A stretch of DNA of 32,000 bases from Candidatus Arthromitus sp. SFB-rat-Yit (GTDB lineage: Bacteria; Bacillota; Clostridia; Clostridiales; Clostridiaceae): assembly GCF_000283555.1 (NCBI RefSeq), contig NC_016012.1:570001-602000 (forward strand), in the 5' to 3' direction. Under the pieces are notes generated by a model. That model was not told the DNA's origin, did no database searches, and saw only the letters and a program-made list of their open reading frames with translations. The translations under genes were made by a program, and so were the position numbers. Every line of letters begins with the position of its first letter. Positions within the stretch are counted from its first letter, which is position 1. This document shows, piece after piece, positions 8,585-15,747 of the stretch.

Positions 8585-9679
8585 TTACTCGGATTTATAA
8601 TTTTTGTTGAGAATAGGGCAAATATAAATCTGTTCTTCATTTTCAAAAATTTTAAGCGTTCCTAAATTTTCAAACTCATTAATATCATCACTATCTTTTG
8701 AATTTTTGATGTTATCATTGAGTGTAATAACACTTTTAGCTTCCATCCCCTTTTTAATAGGAACAACTACATCTTCCTTTAACATACCTTCAATCTTAAT
8801 GCCATTCTCTAAACTTTCATCAATAATCAAATCATTTGCGGAAAATAATTTCTTGTATTCATAGTTGTCTTTTGCAAAATTGTAAAGCCATTCGCTTGAT
8901 TTCCATCTTGGAGTACAGTTCAAAACAACAACGACAATTTCATTATCATCACCCATGTTAAATGATGACACTAAACATTTACCAGCTTGCCCTGTGTACC
9001 CCGTCTTTGTGCCCGTTGCTTGAGGGACCATGTATAAAATTTTGTTTATATTTTGATATGATCTTGAAAATCCCGTGTCTGTATATTCTTTGGTCTTTGA
9101 AAGTTCATTAAAAAACTCAATCTCTTTTGTCTTTGATGTAAGCAATGCTAAATCATATGCAGTTGAATAATGGTTCTGGCTGTCAAGACCATGAGGAGAT
9201 TCAAAATGTGAATCAATAATTCCAATTTCTTTTGCATATTCGTTCATGAGATCACAAAATTCTTCTATCGATCCAGCAACCCCTTCAGCGATTGCAATCG
9301 CTGCATCATTTCCAGATTTAAACATAAGCCCATAAATAAGTTCTCTTAAAGAAATTTCTTCATCTTTTTTATATCCAACCTTTGATCCTCTAATTGATGA
9401 GGCATTAGCAGAAATTTTAAATTTTTGATCCAAATCACCATATTTAATAGCCACTAGTGAAGTAAGTATTTTTGTTGTACTTGCCATTGGTAAAATATTA
9501 CGAGCATTTTTATCAAAAAGTATCCTGTGAGTCTTTGCGTCAATAACAATAGCGGCATGAGCATTTAAGTCGTAAGGCTTTTGACTTTTAACGCTAGAAG
9601 AATAAGCATCTATATGTACACTCGAGAGACTAAACAATATACAAAGTATAGCTACCAAAATTTTAGAAAAATTTTTCAA
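8585..9679 (-). CDS. D-alanyl-D-alanine carboxypeptidase (peptidase S11, DacF/DacB-like)
   Basis: Signal peptide; SxxK (MASTTK), SGN (FKSGNDAA), KTG (GTKTGYTG) motifs. Confidence 0.93.
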   Translation of the reverse strand: MKNFSKILVAILCILFSLSSVHIDAYSSSVKSQKPYDLNAHAAIVIDAKTHRILFDKNARNILPMASTTKILTSLVAIKYGDLDQKFKISANASSIRGSKVGYKKDEEISLRELIYGLMFKSGNDAAIAIAEGVAGSIEEFCDLMNEYAKEIGIIDSHFESPHGLDSQNHYSTAYDLALLTSKTKEIEFFNELSKTKEYTDTGFSRSYQNINKILYMVPQATGTKTGYTGQAGKCLVSSFNMGDDNEIVVVVLNCTPRWKSSEWLYNFAKDNYEYKKLFSANDLIIDESLENGIKIEGMLKEDVVVPIKKGMEAKSVITLNDNIKNSKDSDDINEFENLGTLKIFENEEQIYICPILNKNYKSE

Positions 9680-9714
9680 AGACTATCACCACCTAAAAAT
9701 AAAATATATTAGTA

Positions 9715-9744
9715 TAGTATGATTAATTAAAATAAAAACTATTC
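9715..9744 (-). promoter_or_regulatory. Candidate SigG-like forespore promoter upstream of the D,D-carboxypeptidase gene
   Basis: Minus strand: GAATA - N18 - CATACTA, compared with the SigG pattern GYATR - CAWAHTA. Confidence 0.35.
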
Positions 9745-9808
9745 TTAGTAAACTTTTGCATAATAGAGGATATATTTGTAAATAACTAATTTAAAATGAG
9801 AACTTAAG

Positions 9809-10408
9809 ATGGTGGTTGATATCATGATAAAAATATTAATTATCTTTCTTATCATTTTAATTTTTTTCATTTCGGTAAAAATAAGATTTGATTTGAGAAT
9901 TGAAAATAATAAATTAGATTTTGAAGTTTACTTGTGGAGAATCAATTTAACAAATTTGATTATCAAAAATAAAAAGGTAAAGAAAAATGACAATGAAGAA
10001 TTAATAAAATCCCTAAAAGAGAAGAGGGGAATGGACATAAAAATTTCCATAAAAATCTTTAAAGAAATTTTGTCAAGAATTAAATATTTAAAACACAAAC
10101 CAAAATTTACAATCACAAATACAATTGAGTTTGGAATGGAAGATGCAGACATCACAGCAATTTTATATGGACATTTAAATACAATTGTATATTCTATATT
10201 CAATATAATATCGTCTTACGTAAATACACGAGATAGCAAAATCGAAATAATTCCAAAATATAACACATTACTTTTTAAATTACAATTCAAAGGTATATTA
10301 AAAATAAAAATAGCCCAAATTATTTACATAACTTTTTTATTTATTACTCTAGGGAGGAAATTAAATGGAACAACATCCAATAGAAAACTTAATGAAAACT
10401 ACTCTTGA
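9809..10408 (+). CDS. YtfI-like DUF2953 protein (start may be ATG 9824)
   Basis: N-terminal hydrophobic segment, IEFGMEDADITAILYGHLNTIVYSIF; directly upstream of a YtfJ-like gene as in other Firmicutes. Confidence 0.7.
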   Translation: MVVDIMIKILIIFLIILIFFISVKIRFDLRIENNKLDFEVYLWRINLTNLIIKNKKVKKNDNEELIKSLKEKRGMDIKISIKIFKEILSRIKYLKHKPKFTITNTIEFGMEDADITAILYGHLNTIVYSIFNIISSYVNTRDSKIEIIPKYNTLLFKLQFKGILKIKIAQIIYITFLFITLGRKLNGTTSNRKLNENYS

Positions 10409-10751
10409 AAATATAAAAGATATGATCGATGTTAATACAATTATAGGAAATCCTATTACTACGCCAGATGGTACAACAATAATTCCTATATCAAAAGTTG
10501 GATTTGGATTTGGTACAGGTGGATCTGACCTTCCAATGCCAGAAAATGCAACTAGTACGGTAAAACCAAATTTATTTGGTGGAGGAGCAGGTGCAGGTAT
10601 ATCTATTAAACCTGTTGCGTTCTTGGCAGTAAGAGAGGACGCCATAAGATTATTGCCAATAGATCACAACAACTCATACGAAAAAATAATAGACTCAATC
10701 CCTCAACTAGTTGAAACATTTAAAGGAATGTTTGGTAAAGATGAGAATTAA
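10365..10751 (+). CDS. ytfJ: Sporulation protein YtfJ / GerW family
   Basis: MEQHPIENLMKTTLENIKDMIDVNTIIGNPITTPDGTTIIPISKVGFGFGTGGSD...GGAGAGISIKPVAFLAV. Confidence 0.93.
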   Translation: MEQHPIENLMKTTLENIKDMIDVNTIIGNPITTPDGTTIIPISKVGFGFGTGGSDLPMPENATSTVKPNLFGGGAGAGISIKPVAFLAVREDAIRLLPIDHNNSYEKIIDSIPQLVETFKGMFGKDEN

Positions 10752-10762
10752 ATAAATACTTG

Positions 10763-10807
10763 AAGACTTTCGGTGCGATTATGCAACCGAGAGTCTTTTT
10801 TATTATA
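10763..10807 (+). terminator. Terminator after ytfJ
   Basis: gactttcggtgc-gattat-gcaaccgagagtc followed by tttttt. Confidence 0.8.
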
Positions 10808-10832
10808 TTTTTCATCTATTATAAAATTATTG

Positions 10833-10863
10833 TTGACTTGGAGTTAACTTTAAATTTTATAAT
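10833..10863 (+). promoter_or_regulatory. MerR-type promoter with 19-bp spacer and imperfect dyad
   Basis: TTGACT (10833-10838), 19-nt spacer containing acttggagtt|aactttaaat, TATAAT (10858-10863). Confidence 0.7.
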
Positions 10864-10902
10864 CTATTTTATTATTGAAGCAGATGATGTAGGAGGATAC
10901 TA

Positions 10903-11964
10903 ATGACAATAAAAGAAGTATGTGAAAAATATGGAATTAGTGCAGACACTCTTAGATATTACGAAAAAGTTGGAGTAGTTCCACCAGTTACCCGTACTAA
11001 TGGGGGATTTCGTTTTTATACTGAAAAAGATATTGAATGGGTGGAAAATGCTATTTGTATGCGTAATGCAGGGCTTTCGGTAGAAATGTTATCGGAATAT
11101 GTTCGTCTGTTTCAAGAAGGAGATAGTACCATTCCGGCAAGACTATCTTTACTTATAGAAGCAAATGAAACAAATGATATGATTGCCTATGCATGGGGAC
11201 TTGGTATTAATTTCATAGACACTGCAAATTTTTATGGCGGTGGAACAAGTGAAGAGTATACGGGGAGGGCATTAAAAAATATTGGAATACCTAGGGATAA
11301 AGTTATTCTTGCATCTAAAGTTTATTTTAATGAGGGAAAACTTTCTCGTAATGCGATTTTGAGAGAAATTGATGGTACATTGTCACGTCTTGGTACAGAT
11401 TATCTGGATTTATATTTGATTCATAGATTTGATTATGATACACCAATAGAGGAAACTATGGAGGCTTTAGATTCACTTGTAAAATCAGGGAAAGTTTGTG
11501 CTTTAGGTGTATCAGCGATGTATGGATATCAATTCCATAATATGCAAGTTTGTGCGGAACAAAATGGATGGACAAAATTCTCAACTATGCAAAATCATTA
11601 TAATATTTTGCATCGTGAAGATGAGAGGGAACTTATTCCAATCTGTAAACAGTATAATGTTTTCTTAAATTCCATATAGTCCATTAGCAGGTGACACTTG
11701 ACTCGTATTGAGTGGGAATCTGGTAGTAAACGTAGTAACACAGATAGTTATTTAAAAATCAAATATGATGTTTCTATGGCACATATTGCTCTAGCATGGC
11801 ACTGGAAAAAAGGTGTTGCATCACCAATTGTTGGGGCAACAAAAATTTCTCATTTGGATGGAGCAGTGAAAGCTCTTGATCTAGAGTTATCAGATAGTGA
11901 TGTGATTTATCTTGAAGAATTATATAGGGTACATGAAGTAATTCTGACTAAAGTAGAAAATTAA
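10903..11964 (+). pseudogene. Chimeric and frameshifted gene: MerR-family regulator N-terminus fused in frame to an aldo/keto reductase lacking its N-terminus, then a frame-disrupted AKR C-terminus
   Basis: MTIKEVCEKYGISADTLRYYEKVGVVPP...(MerR HTH) continues into NDMIAYAWGLGINFIDTANFYGGGTSEEYTGRALKN...DLYLIHRFDYDTPIEETMEALDSLVKSGK (AKR); stop at 11677-11679; IPYSPLAGDT and LTRIEWES...GVASPIVGATKISHLDGAVKALDLELS lie in different frames. Confidence 0.85.
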
Positions 11965-12012
11965 AAAGTTTTAAACCTGTATAATAAGAATTAGAAAAGT
12001 GAGATAATTAAA

Positions 12013-12990
12013 ATGAATGGTGAAAAATTAATATTAACAAATATTTGGGATAAAACATTTCCGAAAAGTGATAAAGTGAATCACCAAAAAGTAACTTTTT
12101 ATAATCGTTATGGTATTACATTAGCTGCAGATCTTTATATTCCAAAGAATGTTTCTGGAAAGTTAGCTGCTATAGCAGTTAGTGGACCTTTTGGAGCTGT
12201 AAAAGAACAAGCATCAGGTTTATATGCACAAACTATGGCAGAAAGAGGTTTTTTGACAATTGCATTTGATCCTTCTTTTACGGGCGAAAGTGGTGGTTAT
12301 CCACGATATGTAGCATCACCTGACATTAACACAGAAGATTTTCAGGCTGCAGTTGATTTTCTTTCTACGCATGAAAATTTTGATTCAGAAAAGATAGGTA
12401 TTATTGGTATATGTGGTTGGGGAGGTATGGCACTCAATGCTGCAGCCATTGATACTAGAATCAAAGCAACAGTTGCATCTACTATGTATGATATGACTCG
12501 TGTAACTGCAAATGGATATTTTGATTTTGAGGATAATGAGGATGCAAGGTATCAGAAACGAAAATCTATGAATGAGCAAAGAACTAAAGATTATAAAAAT
12601 GGAGCATATGCACTTGTGGGTGGAGTACTTGATCAAATACCGGAGAATGCTCCATTTTATTTAAAAGATTACTTTAGCTATTATAAAACAGATCGAGGAT
12701 ATCATGAACGTTCTTTAAATTCTAATGGTGGGTGGAATATAACATCTTCTTTATCATTTTTAAATATGCCAATTTTAAAGTATGCAAATGAAATTCAAAG
12801 TGCAGTCCTAATGATCCACGGAGAAAAAGCACATTCATGTTATTTCAGCAAAGATGCTTATGAAATGTTAAAAGGTAATAACAAAGAGTTATTAATTATT
12901 CCAGATGCTGTTCACATAGATTTATATGATAATCTTGAGGTTATTCCATTTGATAAAATGGATAGATTTTTCAATTTGAATTTAAAGTAA
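12013..12990 (+). CDS. Alpha/beta hydrolase (dienelactone-hydrolase-like)
   Basis: Full-length fold motifs, nucleophile elbow IGICGWGG, VLMIHGEKAHSCYFSKDAYEML, IPDAVHIDLYD. Confidence 0.85.
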   Translation: MNGEKLILTNIWDKTFPKSDKVNHQKVTFYNRYGITLAADLYIPKNVSGKLAAIAVSGPFGAVKEQASGLYAQTMAERGFLTIAFDPSFTGESGGYPRYVASPDINTEDFQAAVDFLSTHENFDSEKIGIIGICGWGGMALNAAAIDTRIKATVASTMYDMTRVTANGYFDFEDNEDARYQKRKSMNEQRTKDYKNGAYALVGGVLDQIPENAPFYLKDYFSYYKTDRGYHERSLNSNGGWNITSSLSFLNMPILKYANEIQSAVLMIHGEKAHSCYFSKDAYEMLKGNNKELLIIPDAVHIDLYDNLEVIPFDKMDRFFNLNLK

Positions 12991-13241
12991 ATTTTAAGTA
13001 TGGATTAATATTCCATACTTTTTTTGTTTTATGAGTTCTTTAATAAATAAAAAATACATAAATATATAAGGTATAAATATTAAAAAACCCCGTTTAATAC
13101 AACAAATGTTAAATATATTTTTATTTTAAAAGATACTTTAAGCTTATAAGTTGGAGAATAAAGGATAAGAAAAATAGTTATAATTATGAGTTTTTAAATT
13201 TGAATATATTGTATGTGTCTTAACAATTTAGGAGGGTAATA

Positions 13242-13574
13242 ATGGCAAGGTTAAGTAAGCAAATCAAAAACAAACTTGTCGCTTATGTAAATAATCGAGA
13301 AAAAGGAAAAAAAGCCGGCCAAGCTATTATGGAATTTTATGCATTAAATGAAGAAGAACTTAAGAAATATCAAGATGATGTACCGATGGAAGAATTTATA
13401 CAAAAGTTATATATAGCATATAGAAATGAATATTTTCTAAAAAGTGTTGCTAATAAGAACATAAAAATGGTACCAGTCGAAACTGATAAAGATAAATTGT
13501 TAAATGAACTTGGGGAAACTATAGATAAAATGAATGAGTTATATAATAAAGTTAAAAAGATGTTTAATGCCTAG
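13242..13574 (+). CDS. Conserved-looking small hypothetical protein, helical
   Basis: 110 aa with good ribosome-binding site (taggagggtaatATG), followed by a terminator hairpin. Confidence 0.7.
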   Translation: MARLSKQIKNKLVAYVNNREKGKKAGQAIMEFYALNEEELKKYQDDVPMEEFIQKLYIAYRNEYFLKSVANKNIKMVPVETDKDKLLNELGETIDKMNELYNKVKKMFNA

Positions 13575-13581
13575 CTGAATA

Positions 13582-13622
13582 AAGACATGTTGACTTATTA
13601 ATAAGTAACATGTTTTTATTTT
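13582..13622 (+). terminator. Terminator after the 110-aa ORF
   Basis: acatgtt-g-acttatt / aataagt-aacatgt with tttttatttt tail. Confidence 0.75.
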
Positions 13623-13722
13623 ACAATTCAGTATAAAAATTTGTTATTTGAGCAATTTTATTATAGAATCAAAGTACGTAATACATAAATAATTATTGTT
13701 AAATAAGAAGGAGTTAACTTTT

Positions 13723-14172
13723 ATGAATATATATATTTCGTCAGATCATGCAGGATATGAGCTTAAATTTAATTTAATTTCTATGATGATTGAAAAATTT
13801 AAAGATTATGAAGTTTTTGATTGTGGACCATACTCAGAAGAATCAGTTGATTATCCAGTATTTGCTGAAAAAACTTGTGAAAAGGTTTTATCTGACGTAC
13901 AAAGTTTAGGAATATTGATATGTGGTACAGGCATTGGAATGAGCATGGCGGCAAATAAAATAAAAGGAATACGCGCAGCTTTATGTAATGATATATTTAG
14001 TGCTAGTCTTGCAAGGAAACACAATGATGCAAATATTTTAGTTCTTGGATCAAGAGTAATTGGATCTGGATTAGCTCAAGAAATTGTAGCATCTTTTTTG
14101 CAGAATAAGTTTGAAGGTGGAAGACATAGTGAAAGATTAGCATTAATAAAAAATTTAGAAAATAGAAACTAA
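13723..14172 (+). CDS. rpiB: Ribose-5-phosphate isomerase B (start moved inward from 13696)
   Basis: MNIYISSDHAGYELKFNLI...GILICGTGIGMSMAANKIKGIRAALC...SARKHNDANILVLGSRVIG; ribosome-binding site aaggagttaac precedes ATG 13723. Confidence 0.93.
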   Translation: MNIYISSDHAGYELKFNLISMMIEKFKDYEVFDCGPYSEESVDYPVFAEKTCEKVLSDVQSLGILICGTGIGMSMAANKIKGIRAALCNDIFSASLARKHNDANILVLGSRVIGSGLAQEIVASFLQNKFEGGRHSERLALIKNLENRN

Positions 14173-14233
14173 TCGTATATTAACACAAAAAAAGTACAAA
14201 CTATCTGTGTAGCAATTTAAGGGGGATTTTGAC

Positions 14234-14380
14234 ATGGAAGTTTGTAAGAAGGAAGATTACAAAGAAGTTGCTAAAAGGGCAAGTAAATTATTAAAAGAAG
14301 GAATTGGAATTTCTGAAATTATTAATTCAACACAAAAAAGTTTAATTAATATTAAAAGATTAAATAAAAAAATTAAATAG
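14234..14380 (+). CDS. 48-aa small ORF, possible helix-turn-helix-like peptide
   Basis: aagggggattttgacATG; MEVCKKEDYKEVAKRASKLLKEGIGISEIINSTQKSLINIKRLNKKIK. Not in the supplied ORF track. Confidence 0.45.
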   Translation: MEVCKKEDYKEVAKRASKLLKEGIGISEIINSTQKSLINIKRLNKKIK

Positions 14381-14559
14381 ATATGTATATTTATGGATTA
14401 TTCTTTACTTATTTGAAAGTTGGAATAATCCATTTTTTAAATAATTTTATTGAATTTAAATATTTTTATTTATATAATATTCTTATTGTATTTTTATGTA
14501 TATTATATGCAGAATTTGGTTTTATTTATTTTTAAGCTGGATTAGAAGGATGATGATAT

Positions 14560-14841
14560 ATGAGTATAAGATTTATTAACATAGGTTTTGGGAATATAGT
14601 ATCTGCCAATAGATTAATTGCTATTGTAAGCCCTGAATCTGCTCCTATAAAGAGAATAGTAACTGAAGCTAGAAGTAGAGGAATGTTAATTGATGCTACG
14701 TATGGTAGGAGAACCAGAGCTGTCATAGTTACAGATAGTGATCATGTTATACTTTCTGCAGTACAACCAGATACTGTAGCACATAGATTAGATATTAAGG
14801 AAAATAGTTTGAAGGAACATTTGATGGAAGAGGATGAGTAG
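14560..14841 (+). CDS. remA: Extracellular matrix regulatory protein RemA family (DUF370)
   Basis: [77 protein letters not shown]; upstream of gmk. Confidence 0.92.
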   Translation: MSIRFINIGFGNIVSANRLIAIVSPESAPIKRIVTEARSRGMLIDATYGRRTRAVIVTDSDHVILSAVQPDTVAHRLDIKENSLKEHLMEEDE

Positions 14842-14847
14842 TATTTT

Positions 14848-15465
14848 ATGGGTGAAATTTATACTAAGGGATTATTAATTATTCTTTCTGGGCCTTCTGG
14901 TGTTGGAAAAGGTACGATTTGTAAAGAACTTATGAAAAAATATGATTATAAAGTTTCGATTTCTGCTACTACTAGGACTCCAAGAGAAGGAGAAGTTGAT
15001 GGAGTTAATTATTATTTTTTAGATAAAGATGTTTTTAAATTTAAAATTAAAAATAATGAATTTTTGGAATATGCTGAAGTTTACGGAAATTATTACGGAA
15101 CACTTAAAAGTCAAGTTGAAGAGGAATTGGATAAAGGAAATAATATCATACTCGAAATTGATATTCAAGGTAGTATGCAAGTGCAGAAAGTTTTTAAAAA
15201 TGCAGTATACATATTTTTATTGCCACCATCTATAAATGAGCTTAAAAGTAGAATTTTAAAGAGAGGTAGTGAAACTGAATCTTCGTTTAACTTGAGATTT
15301 TCTGCGGTTAGTGAAGAACTAAAATACATGGACAGCTATGATTATGCCGTTATAAATGATGATGTTGATAATGCGGTTGAAAGAGTAAACGGTATAATAA
15401 AAACCGAAATGAGCAGAATAAGTAGAATGAATTTAGAAAAATTTATTAATGGATATGTTTTCTAA
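14848..15465 (+). CDS. gmk: Guanylate kinase
   Basis: GLLIILSGPSGVGKGTICKEL...SISATTRTPREGEVDGVNYYFL. Confidence 0.97.
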   Translation: MGEIYTKGLLIILSGPSGVGKGTICKELMKKYDYKVSISATTRTPREGEVDGVNYYFLDKDVFKFKIKNNEFLEYAEVYGNYYGTLKSQVEEELDKGNNIILEIDIQGSMQVQKVFKNAVYIFLLPPSINELKSRILKRGSETESSFNLRFSAVSEELKYMDSYDYAVINDDVDNAVERVNGIIKTEMSRISRMNLEKFINGYVF

Positions 15466-15483
15466 TTTTTAGGGGGGATTTTT

Positions 15484-15696
15484 GTGAAAGATTCTATTGT
15501 TCAACCATCTATAAGTGAACTTGTGAAGAAAGTAAATAATAAATTTTCTCTTGTTATACTTTCAGCAAAAGTTGCAAGACATAATATAGATAAGGATAAG
15601 GATGTAAAGAGAGATAAGCATATTAATTATTTAACTCAGTCTGTTCGTGATATTTATGATGATAAGATAGATTTTACTACAATTGATTCTGAATGA
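15484..15696 (+). CDS. rpoZ: DNA-directed RNA polymerase omega subunit, GTG start
   Basis: 70 aa, QPSISELVKKVNNKFSLVILSAKVARHN, between gmk and priA. Confidence 0.85.
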   Translation: MKDSIVQPSISELVKKVNNKFSLVILSAKVARHNIDKDKDVKRDKHINYLTQSVRDIYDDKIDFTTIDSE

Positions 15697-15747
15697 ATTT
15701 TTACAGATACTTAGGTATAGATTGCCTAAGTATTTTATTTTAATTTA

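Noticed and set aside
11665-11700. Possible programmed frameshift linking the two AKR halves
   Set aside because: At least two opposite frame changes plus a missing N-terminus and a shortened C-terminal stretch; decay fits better than recoding.
12991-13241. AT-rich intergenic region with small inverted repeats as a possible ncRNA or riboswitch
   Set aside because: Only weak short stems (e.g. tattaaa/tttaata) and no recognisable conserved riboswitch core.
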